Notes under the pieces: generated by a model | Told to the model about the DNA's origin: nothing | Databases searched by the model: none | The model's input: the letters and a program-made list of their open reading frames with translations, nothing else | From: an uncultured virus (IMG/VR IMGVR_UViG_3300046007_006189) | Taxonomy: Duplodnaviria > Heunggongvirae > Uroviricota > Caudoviricetes | Strand: one strand, 5' to 3' | IMG/VR virus record: IMGVR_UViG_3300046007_006189 | DNA length: 64,000 nt | In this document: positions 20,957-28,995 of the stretch, piece after piece | Layout of the letters: the number at the start of each line of letters is the position of its first letter | How positions within the stretch are numbered: the stretch's first letter is position 1 | Made by a program: the position numbers and the translations under genes

Positions 20957-22522
20957 TTAAACCTGTTGAGTTAATGTTTCCTTTTGTGACCAGAGATAAT
21001 GATACATAATCTCTTCAAAATTATATTCACTTCTAATCAATCCAGATGCTAATAATTTATCGCAATAGTCAGAATCCTCACCAAAGTTCTTTTCTGGATA
21101 ACCAATTTGTTTTGCAATATGCGTTTTAACCGGATTTAAATGATTAAGTGGTCTATATTGTCTGCCATTATTTTTAAAATGACCATTATTTTTATTTGCA
21201 TGATTAAACAACATTGCTGCATTATTATCAACATAATACATTCCCCAGAATCCAATACCATCATACATTCCACTATTTAATTTTCTTACTATTTTTGGAA
21301 TATAAGTTAAAGACACTACATCATCGTCATCAATAAAAGAAACATATTCACCTTTTGCTTTATTTAAACATTCGTTTCTTTTTTGACCTACTGTTTTTGT
21401 TCTATTGTCTTTATTTACTATTATTTCTATTCTATGCTTATAACTGACAGGAATAGTTGAATTTAGAATTTCTATAAGACGATTCAATTTATCTTCTCTT
21501 CCATCTACAGTTAATATGCAAATAGACCAAAGAATGTCTTCCTTTTCCATGTGGAATTTGTGTTCCGTCTTTACGATATTTTCTATTCTACTAAAGAATG
21601 ATTTTCCAAACTCTTGAGCTAATTTATAATTCTTTTCAATGTATGGTTTCATTGATTCATAAGTAGTTTCATCAATTTTATTGATTTTTTCTATAAAATC
21701 ATCAAAATTTTCAACAACAATCATTCCACGAATATCAAAAAACTCATCGATATCGGGGGCGCCCCAATAGATAGGAACAGTTTTTGTTAATAAGCAATCA
21801 ATTATTTTTTCTGTAAAATAAGAAGTTTCTTTTGTATTTTCTACTGCGATAGAAAATTGATGATCAAAAAGGTATAATTTATCATCGTCCTTTATGTGTC
21901 CATCATGTAGTGTTGGTGGATCGGAAAACGGGATAAGTTCCTGTGTGTGTGGATCCAAAAATTTCCATGTAGTTGGATGTCTATTGCTGGAATAAAATTT
22001 ATTTGGAATTTTTACTTTGTCTTTATTATTCCAAATTTTTTTCCGTAATTCGTATCCTACTTTTTGTTGTAAGCATGTTGTCAAAAAAGTTACACCAAAT
22101 TTTTTTTCTTTGATTTTATCCAAAATAGATGCATCAAAAGAACCCAAAGAATCTAAATGTGAATTTGATTTTTTATTTAACCATGTTCCTCCATATGGAA
22201 AAAATATAGCATTATCTACATTTTCTATAATATCAGGATGTGATGCTAAAATTAAATCATATTGATGAGCATTATCAATAATAACATCATTTAATTCTCT
22301 GGATTTAGAAGATGCAGGTTCATTGGAACAAATAAAAACTTTATATGCGTCTTTATTTTGAAAATCAATTGTATCTTGTCGTTTATCTTCTTTTCTTTCT
22401 CGAATACGTGGCGGAGTTCCGGACACATGCGTTAGGCCAAATCGAGTAATATGAATCTCACAAGGAAAATCTAAATTAATTTCGTCACAAAAATAATCAC
22501 CATTTTGTACAATTGCTTTCAT
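20957..22522 (-). CDS. Bifunctional glycosyltransferase: GT10-like domain fused to a GT2 domain
   Basis: FSIAVEN...YFTEKIIDC...VPIYWGAP (GT10), then GQKRN...GEYVSFIDDDD...GED (GT2). Confidence 0.85.
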   Translation of the reverse strand: MKAIVQNGDYFCDEINLDFPCEIHITRFGLTHVSGTPPRIRERKEDKRQDTIDFQNKDAYKVFICSNEPASSKSRELNDVIIDNAHQYDLILASHPDIIENVDNAIFFPYGGTWLNKKSNSHLDSLGSFDASILDKIKEKKFGVTFLTTCLQQKVGYELRKKIWNNKDKVKIPNKFYSSNRHPTTWKFLDPHTQELIPFSDPPTLHDGHIKDDDKLYLFDHQFSIAVENTKETSYFTEKIIDCLLTKTVPIYWGAPDIDEFFDIRGMIVVENFDDFIEKINKIDETTYESMKPYIEKNYKLAQEFGKSFFSRIENIVKTEHKFHMEKEDILWSICILTVDGREDKLNRLIEILNSTIPVSYKHRIEIIVNKDNRTKTVGQKRNECLNKAKGEYVSFIDDDDVVSLTYIPKIVRKLNSGMYDGIGFWGMYYVDNNAAMLFNHANKNNGHFKNNGRQYRPLNHLNPVKTHIAKQIGYPEKNFGEDSDYCDKLLASGLIRSEYNFEEIMYHYLWSQKETLTQQV

Positions 22523-22525
22523 AAT

Positions 22526-23194
22526 TTATATCCTATTTAAATTTAATTTAATTTCGCTCTCACTCATACCAACATTAGCAAATTCTTTAAGATTTTCTTC
22601 TTTAGACTTATGATCTGCTATACCCATAGTTATGTATGGTTCCATTCCCTCTGGACATTTACCAGGCCAAACACAATAATTCATCGGTAAACAACCAATC
22701 TTCAATTGATTTGCAACAAACGGTAAGACCTTAAATAATAATATCTCATGATCAAAAAGTTTTTGATTACTGACAACTGCTTCTTGACATTTGTTAATCC
22801 ATAATTTCAAAAAATCAATTACCTTTTGATTATAATTGCAGAATATGGGAGATGCTTTTGGTTGTAAAACATTTATTTGCGAAGGATCGGTCACAAAATA
22901 AGCAAAACCTAAATCTGCTTCATGTTCTAATATACGGTCAAAACCAGTAAGATCTCTATGAATTTGACTATCGATATCAATCCAGACTATTGGTTTTTTC
23001 TTTTCTTCCAACATACTTAGAATGTATTTGGGTTTACGAAGACAATTTAATCTATAATCATTTTCGGTTCTTACTTTTCTAAAATCATGTGGAAGATTTA
23101 ATCTAAAGCATTCTTCTTTTATTCTAAATGCGTGATCGCTGTAGTATGTGTAATCGCCAACATCACAATAAAAGGAAATTAATTCTGTTTTCAT
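22526..23194 (-). CDS. Putative nucleotide-diphospho-sugar transferase (GT-A)
   Basis: NCLRKP..I..ML, VWIDID (DxD), DHE, LPxxYC. Confidence 0.65.
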   Translation of the reverse strand: MKTELISFYCDVGDYTYYSDHAFRIKEECFRLNLPHDFRKVRTENDYRLNCLRKPKYILSMLEEKKKPIVWIDIDSQIHRDLTGFDRILEHEADLGFAYFVTDPSQINVLQPKASPIFCNYNQKVIDFLKLWINKCQEAVVSNQKLFDHEILLFKVLPFVANQLKIGCLPMNYCVWPGKCPEGMEPYITMGIADHKSKEENLKEFANVGMSESEIKLNLNRI

Positions 23195-24018
23195 ATTAGT
23201 TTAAAAAGAATATCATCGGCCAATTCCATATTCTTTACCCTTTCTAGATTATCAATTATTGCCGGAAGTTTACTCTTATAGAGTTCAGATGTCAAGGAAG
23301 AAAAATCAAAATCTTTAGTAAGTTCAATTATTCCTTCCTTATTGAAATAATTACCAATATCAGGAGCACCCCAATAAATAGGAATAGTTCCTGTAGCAAA
23401 ACAATCCGTTATTTTTTCAGTAAAATATGTTTCATAACTATCATTTTCTATAGTCACCGAAAACATATAATCATTCATTGCTTCAGATTTATCAGGCCAA
23501 ACGCCCGCACCGAACCGCTTGGAACCATTTGCACCGCCGTAGACATCAATTGTGTCTGAATGCTTCGATGCAATGGCATGTCTAAGTTTATGTCCAAATG
23601 TTATTATCTTAGGAGAAGCAATCATAGATGTCATTTTGCTCTTTGCGTGAATTTTATGTTCCTTTACCCAAGGAGCATTACTTCCTGCAAATGCAAATTT
23701 TATGTTTGGTGAATACTTGCACCATCTACGGTCTGATACAAAAATTGTATCATATGAGTTTATTAACCTCTCAATATTCTTCTCCCAGATATCTTCGGGA
23801 AACATCCATGCATGAAAAATAGCACGGGATTCGCATACCCATGCTATCTTCTTCTCATTTGGTTTTTTATTATAGGCAACTCCAGACGCAATTGCTTTGT
23901 CTATGAAGACTTTAATATCACAATCGTCTGTAGTCCATTCAAATGTTTTTGGTTTTAGATTTGAACAGGAAGAATATTCAATCGGAAACGGAGCACCAAT
24001 AGCTTGTATTTTTTTCAT
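23191..24018 (-). CDS. Glycosyltransferase family 10-like (alpha-1,3-fucosyltransferase fold)
   Basis: YMFSVTIEN...YFTEKITDCFATGTIPIYWGAP. Confidence 0.85.
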   Translation of the reverse strand: MKKIQAIGAPFPIEYSSCSNLKPKTFEWTTDDCDIKVFIDKAIASGVAYNKKPNEKKIAWVCESRAIFHAWMFPEDIWEKNIERLINSYDTIFVSDRRWCKYSPNIKFAFAGSNAPWVKEHKIHAKSKMTSMIASPKIITFGHKLRHAIASKHSDTIDVYGGANGSKRFGAGVWPDKSEAMNDYMFSVTIENDSYETYFTEKITDCFATGTIPIYWGAPDIGNYFNKEGIIELTKDFDFSSLTSELYKSKLPAIIDNLERVKNMELADDILFKLI

Positions 24019-24037
24019 AATATAAAAATCCTTAAAT

Positions 24038-24433
24038 TCACTTTCCTATATGGTATTTAGGTACGAGTTCCCAGTCGTTTTTGTCTTTAAATGCTAAAAT
24101 TTTAATTCTGGCTAAACTTAATTTGTCCTTATACTTTTCGGGATCGATTGGTTGTATCAATCCCCAATCAGTTAACAATTGAACTATAGTGTTTCTTCTT
24201 TGTATGTCTTCAAGAGTTATATCGCTCTCAAGACCATCCATAATAAACATTTCTTTAAAATGCATTATGGCATATCTACCTCGTTTATGTAAAATATGAC
24301 AAGATTGGTATAGTTTCTTTTCCTTTTTGGAAGAAACTCCCAATCTTGTTAATGTCTCTTTAACTTTTAAAAAGTCTTCTTTATTTTTTAAATTGATTTC
24401 TACGCCCAAACTCGAAAAAATATCATCAGTCAT
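24038..24433 (-). CDS. regA: Translational repressor RegA
   Basis: DFLKVKETLTRLGV, LYQSCHILHKRGRYAIMHFKE, RRNTI..LL.DWGL, W.LVPKY.IG. Confidence 0.97.
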   Translation of the reverse strand: MTDDIFSSLGVEINLKNKEDFLKVKETLTRLGVSSKKEKKLYQSCHILHKRGRYAIMHFKEMFIMDGLESDITLEDIQRRNTIVQLLTDWGLIQPIDPEKYKDKLSLARIKILAFKDKNDWELVPKYHIGK

Positions 24434-24460
24434 AATTATTACCCCATTGTGTGATAATAT

Positions 24461-24850
24461 TTATGATTTTCCCTTTTTTGCGCCGCCTTTATTCAGGGAT
24501 TGTTTAATATGATCGATTTGTTCGGGCGGTAGCAATCTAAGAACATCTTTAGCCTTTTGAGTAGAATAACCATAATACTCTTTGATGCAATCTATGGTAT
24601 TATCTTCTTCGGGTTTATGCCACTTACTAAAACGGTTCTTTTTTGCAACTTTGATACGCAAATAATCGTACTGCAATCTCTTGTCCAAATAAGGCATTTG
24701 ATTCATTTGATTTACATAAAAAATAGTATCAATGAAATAAGATAGGCATCTATTGGTAATATACGGGAGATATTCCTTTTCGCATTGAATATCCTCCATA
24801 AGATTTTTCTTATTTTGGTTGATAGAATTTAGAAAATCTTTTAGTTCCAT
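24461..24850 (-). CDS. g62: Clamp loader small subunit gp62
   Basis: Y.PYI.NR.LS...D...N.MN, RFSKW, IKEYYGYS..KA; located between g44 and regA. Confidence 0.93.
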   Translation of the reverse strand: MELKDFLNSINQNKKNLMEDIQCEKEYLPYITNRCLSYFIDTIFYVNQMNQMPYLDKRLQYDYLRIKVAKKNRFSKWHKPEEDNTIDCIKEYYGYSTQKAKDVLRLLPPEQIDHIKQSLNKGGAKKGKS

Positions 24851-25797
24851 TATTTAAACTCACAACGCATCATCAATTCGACCAAACACGCTACAGTATT
24901 GATCTCTTGATCTGCAACGAACCCAGACTTGTATTGGTACTCTGCAAGCACTAGAACCGCTTCAGGAACGCTAGAAGGAACTAGAGTGTCGTATAGACAA
25001 TCGTAGATCTTCCTGAACAGTTCTGTCTGTGAATTGTCCAAGTTGTTAACTACCCACTTTCGAACACCTGAGAAGTCTTTAATCTTCATTGAAGATACAA
25101 GGGTCTTTATTTCTATGTCTTTGAGGTTTGCTAGAATTCCGGCATCAATAATACCTGATGCCGAATATCTCTGCAATTCATTAATAATACGCCTAAAGTC
25201 AGGAAAATGCTTGATGATTAATTGAGATAATGCCTTTTTGTCATATTTGACCTTCTCATTATCTAAAATATATTCACAACGACCAAGCAGTTGCTTTGCA
25301 ATCTCCGGTTTGTCTGTTGAGCTAATTGCAAAGTCAATACAAGTACATCTGGAATGAATTGGTTGGATAATTCGATTCTTATAATTACAGGTAATAATGA
25401 AACGACAATTGTTGGAAAACTCTTCAATTGCTCCGCGTAGTGCGGGTTGAATGCTTTGAGCATTACTATAATCAAACTCGTCTAGAATTACCGTCTTTTT
25501 GGATTCAGAAAGAGATACCGTGCTTGCAAACTGTCGAATATCGGTTCTCAATGTATCAATATTACCATTCTCGGAGCAGTTAATAATGATATGATCTACA
25601 CCAATATCATTACATAATGCCCTTGCTACGGTCGTCTTTCCTGTACCTGCCGAACCTGCTAAAAGAAGATTTTGTGGTTCTCCTTTAGCAACCATGTCCT
25701 CGAAAGATTTCTTCAAGGACACGGGCAAAATACAATCTTGTATTGTCTGTGGGCGGTATTTCTCCACCCACAGAAATTCATTTTGCTTATGTTGCAT
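24850..25797 (-). CDS. g44: Clamp loader large subunit gp44 (AAA+)
   Basis: LWVEKYRP, GSAGTGKTT, ILDEFD, SRC, FPDFRR; start moved to MQHKQ (25797). Confidence 0.97.
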   Translation of the reverse strand: MQHKQNEFLWVEKYRPQTIQDCILPVSLKKSFEDMVAKGEPQNLLLAGSAGTGKTTVARALCNDIGVDHIIINCSENGNIDTLRTDIRQFASTVSLSESKKTVILDEFDYSNAQSIQPALRGAIEEFSNNCRFIITCNYKNRIIQPIHSRCTCIDFAISSTDKPEIAKQLLGRCEYILDNEKVKYDKKALSQLIIKHFPDFRRIINELQRYSASGIIDAGILANLKDIEIKTLVSSMKIKDFSGVRKWVVNNLDNSQTELFRKIYDCLYDTLVPSSVPEAVLVLAEYQYKSGFVADQEINTVACLVELMMRCEFK

Positions 25798-25798
25798 A

Positions 25799-26491
25799 TT
25801 AATTGAACTTAGAATTAGTCTCCATCGCAAACCAATACTTGAGATCTAGTGTCTCATTTGTAAACTGACCAACAACATTCTTAGAAAATTCAATAGTGTA
25901 ATCACCGGGAAGAATCTTAATGTTTTCCATCTTGAAATTCAAACTGAATTCAGAATTGGATTTATTTGCACCAACATCAACCTTATAGTTGTTGGTGGTC
26001 GGATCTTGCAAATCTGATACTACTGCCATGATTCGATCATTTTCGTTAACAAATGACAAATCAGGCAATTGAAGAACAGAAGATGCTTTCTGTAATTCTG
26101 CAAAGATCTTTTCGGTAATATCAACCGAAAGAGAAACACTTGGCATATTTACATTCTTGGTTGGCGTTGTCAGCAGTCTTGGTTCTGAGTAAAAATAAGT
26201 AACACGAGAACCATTACCGCCATGTATAACAACCGACTTTTCTCCAAACTCAAACTTTGGCGTCGAAAAAAGACTGACAACGCCAAGAAACTTACTAAGA
26301 TCCCAAATACCAAATTCAACATCAAATGTCTCCTCTACAGTTGCTTCCGCCATACCATTTTTGGAAGGCGTAATAGTTCGAAGAACATTACCGGGTTTTA
26401 CCAATATGTTAGAATTGAGCGTAGAAAAATTCTTTAAAACAGATAGCGTAGTCTTGCTTAGCGTGATTTCGTTTTTTGTCATAGTAGTCAT
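25799..26491 (-). CDS. g45: Sliding clamp gp45
   Basis: LS..TL..LKNFS..N, FGIWDL..FL, FK.EN.KI.PGDY; start moved to MTTMTK (26491), which follows GGAG. Confidence 0.95.
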   Translation of the reverse strand: MTTMTKNEITLSKTTLSVLKNFSTLNSNILVKPGNVLRTITPSKNGMAEATVEETFDVEFGIWDLSKFLGVVSLFSTPKFEFGEKSVVIHGGNGSRVTYFYSEPRLLTTPTKNVNMPSVSLSVDITEKIFAELQKASSVLQLPDLSFVNENDRIMAVVSDLQDPTTNNYKVDVGANKSNSEFSLNFKMENIKILPGDYTIEFSKNVVGQFTNETLDLKYWFAMETNSKFN

Positions 26492-26492
26492 A

Positions 26493-26681
26493 TTATTCAC
26501 TCCATTGATCTTCATCATCAATATCCAAGTCATTATAGTTGTTCGTGTTGAGATTGTCAACTATATTTCTCAAATCATTTTTCATTTGATTCTTTTTTGA
26601 CTTCTTTTGTCTTTCAACAAATCCGCGATCCCGCCTGGGATTGCTATCTCTGTTGTCTTTTTCATGAAAATCTCGTTTCAC
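26493..26681 (-). CDS. Small hypothetical protein (basic N-terminus, acidic C-terminus)
   Basis: 62-aa ORF that exactly fills the rnh-g45 gap. Confidence 0.55.
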   Translation of the reverse strand: MKRDFHEKDNRDSNPRRDRGFVERQKKSKKNQMKNDLRNIVDNLNTNNYNDLDIDDEDQWSE

Positions 26682-26682
26682 A

Positions 26683-27528
26683 TCAAAATTCCTCTATAAT
26701 TTCTATTAAGTTCTTTAATCTATTAGTAATCATATAGGGAAGAACCTTTGACCTATCTGTTACTGACGAATTTTTATTAAATTCACTAATAATATTAGTC
26801 TCTAATTGCTCAGGAATCATATCAAAATCAATAAGAGTTTTGTTTCTATCCCAGTTTCTATAATGAGGAGAATTAGAAATAGTATTGATATTTTCCTTGA
26901 TTTCGGTAATAACTTTTTGCGTCAATCTGTTTTGTCGCTTATCATCAACAACAAACACATCATCGTCGGATAGAATATTCGGCACACCATCCCCGGAATC
27001 GCCGCGCAAAATATGCTCCATCAGAAAGTCGTAAGGATTATCACAAACCAAAAGTTGTTTCTTAAATGTGCTATATTGAAAAACATTAGGATATCTCTGC
27101 AATTGCTGAAAATCCTTATCGTTTGAGATAATCAAAATCTTTTCTTGGTCGTGGTATTTTCTTGCAAGAACGGCAATAATATCATCTGCTTCGGCAGAAT
27201 CTATCTTTACATTCTTGTATGGAAAAACATCACGAATTTCATCGCGGATTTTATTTAAGATCTGATAAATTTGATCCCAATCAAATTCAGACTTTTGGTG
27301 AGCCTTTGCTCTATTTGCCTTGTAATTTGGAAAATATTGCTTTCTCCAAGAATTAGAAGAATCATGGCAAATCACCAATTCGCCATATTGGTCTTTGAAA
27401 TGCTTTCTGAGAAGGCGATACGAATTCAAAACCATGTGCCGAAGCAAATCTTCGCTTATGGTTGAATTGTCTTTTACGCTATGAAAAAGATTCGCTAAAA
27501 TTATTTGGTTGTTATCTAAAAGAATCAT
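26683..27528 (-). CDS. rnh: T4-type RNase H (5'-3' exonuclease)
   Basis: LRHMVLNS, WRK..FP.YKA.R, EADDIIA, SNDKDFQQL, GDSGDGVPN. Confidence 0.95.
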   Translation of the reverse strand: MILLDNNQIILANLFHSVKDNSTISEDLLRHMVLNSYRLLRKHFKDQYGELVICHDSSNSWRKQYFPNYKANRAKAHQKSEFDWDQIYQILNKIRDEIRDVFPYKNVKIDSAEADDIIAVLARKYHDQEKILIISNDKDFQQLQRYPNVFQYSTFKKQLLVCDNPYDFLMEHILRGDSGDGVPNILSDDDVFVVDDKRQNRLTQKVITEIKENINTISNSPHYRNWDRNKTLIDFDMIPEQLETNIISEFNKNSSVTDRSKVLPYMITNRLKNLIEIIEEF

Positions 27529-27534
27529 ACACCA

Positions 27535-27562
27535 AGTATACCAATGTAAAAAGTAAAGTCAA
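27535..27562 (-). promoter_or_regulatory. Sigma70-like promoter (TTGACT-16-TATACT, extended -10), predicted leaderless for rnh
   Basis: Minus strand reads TTGACT ttactttttacattgg TATACT tggtgt ATG. Confidence 0.7.
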
Positions 27563-27883
27563 TTATAATTCTACCCAATGTAGACCATTTGTATCCCGGA
27601 TTAATGTATAAGTTATGCCTGTGTCGGGATTATACCATCGATCTCCGATAGTTTCAGTAATAGGTTCATCAGTTTGATTAAAAAATCTATTAGGATTAAT
27701 ATCACCTATTCGTTCCCATCCGCTATCTTTTGATAGCGGATTTAATCCTATAATAGTCTTTGTTGCAGCATAATAAGTGCCATCAAAATCGACAGTATCA
27801 CCAATAGTATACTTGATGATTTTGCCATTAGGATCGTATTTTTTATAAACTCCTAAGAATTTTAAATTATCTGTTTTGTTCAT
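27563..27883 (-). CDS. Small protein with a CBM5/12-like motif and a fibre-type GDRW motif
   Basis: YTIGDTVDFDGTYY...P....GW, then P.....GDRWYN..TG..Y....D....HWVE. Confidence 0.55.
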   Translation of the reverse strand: MNKTDNLKFLGVYKKYDPNGKIIKYTIGDTVDFDGTYYAATKTIIGLNPLSKDSGWERIGDINPNRFFNQTDEPITETIGDRWYNPDTGITYTLIRDTNGLHWVEL

Positions 27884-28995
27884 TTTAGCGTTCTGAGCAA
27901 AAGAGTATGTGTATTAATTCTACCAGTAGGACTAGAATCTTTGGTCTTCTGTGTCTTCCAGTAATTATTTATACTACGAATTCCCTCAGTTTTTGCCTTA
28001 GTCATAAATTCAATTGGTTTTTTCATCTTCTTCTCGACAGATTCAGAAGAAAATCCAATAAGAGTTGACCCCTTGACACTAATTCCCGGCCCAGTTTCAT
28101 CCGACTTAAAAATGCAAGCCTTGCCGGTTTTTACATTGAAAGTAATAAGAGTAGAACAACCAACAATAGATTCAGGCAATATAGATTCAATTCCACTTGA
28201 AGTATCTTTGGTTAGATACTTAAGTTTCTTGATTACCTGTTCAGGCTTCTTCTTTCTCTTCTTTCTTGGTTTTCTATTGCTCTTTGCTATTGTGATTCTG
28301 ACTGTCAAATGATCACATATTGACTTATAGAAATCATGCATCTTTTGTACTTGCTTCTTGCTAAGAAAGGAATATGCTTCTTTCAATTGAGCGTCTTTGC
28401 CTTCTACAACCAAGGCAAATTCACTCAACCCCCGCTTAAAGCATTCAAGTAAGAATTCGCAATGCATTGCACTTGGTGCGATTTCTGTCAACCACGATTC
28501 AATATCAAATGTCTTATAATTTGGCATTTTGCCGCGAATATAAGATTCGTATTCATCGATCTTTTGCTCTAAATATGCACCAAGTTCATATGATTGTTGC
28601 CGTACTCGTTCCCGAACAGGCACTACTGGTACATTTGTATCCTGAATGCTTTTGCCATTTTTAATAAGAGTAGCAATTCCTTGATCAATATTTGTCTGTA
28701 CTTTTACAGGCAAAATACAATGAGATAAGGCAGTTTCGCATCTACCACCAATGCCTCTAAAAGTAAAATCATCGGTTGGAACTTTCGAAACATATTCCAA
28801 TCCTTCGATTTTAAATTTCTTCATGTATTCTATTACACTATTTTTATAATCTCTATCGGTAAACTTGGTATTGTACCAATTTAATGCCAAAGCAATAGAC
28901 CAATATACACGATCTTCGTCTTTAAAATCTTCAGGTTTCCAATGCTTCCAGTTTGGTTGCTTACCGTAAAAGATTTCTTCTGTTTGCGATTTCAT
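27880..28995 (-). CDS. Conserved T4-like hypothetical protein
   Basis: 371 aa; D.QL.EAY, R..K.K, IVG...L..FN.K, ..VKGST..GF, GRIN...LL pattern as recalled from T4-like phage hypotheticals; ATGA-coupled to its neighbours. Confidence 0.6.
   Translation of the reverse strand: MKSQTEEIFYGKQPNWKHWKPEDFKDEDRVYWSIALALNWYNTKFTDRDYKNSVIEYMKKFKIEGLEYVSKVPTDDFTFRGIGGRCETALSHCILPVKVQTNIDQGIATLIKNGKSIQDTNVPVVPVRERVRQQSYELGAYLEQKIDEYESYIRGKMPNYKTFDIESWLTEIAPSAMHCEFLLECFKRGLSEFALVVEGKDAQLKEAYSFLSKKQVQKMHDFYKSICDHLTVRITIAKSNRKPRKKRKKKPEQVIKKLKYLTKDTSSGIESILPESIVGCSTLITFNVKTGKACIFKSDETGPGISVKGSTLIGFSSESVEKKMKKPIEFMTKAKTEGIRSINNYWKTQKTKDSSPTGRINTHTLLLRTLK

Noticed and set aside
9112..24018. Glycan island as host chromosomal DNA (prophage boundary or chimeric assembly), or as T4-like DNA glucosylation
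   Set aside because: It is co-oriented and tightly joined to phage genes on both sides and lacks wzx/wzy/transport genes. No T4 alpha/beta-glucosyltransferase or dCMP hydroxymethylase was recognised, although a DNA-directed role for an individual GT cannot be excluded.
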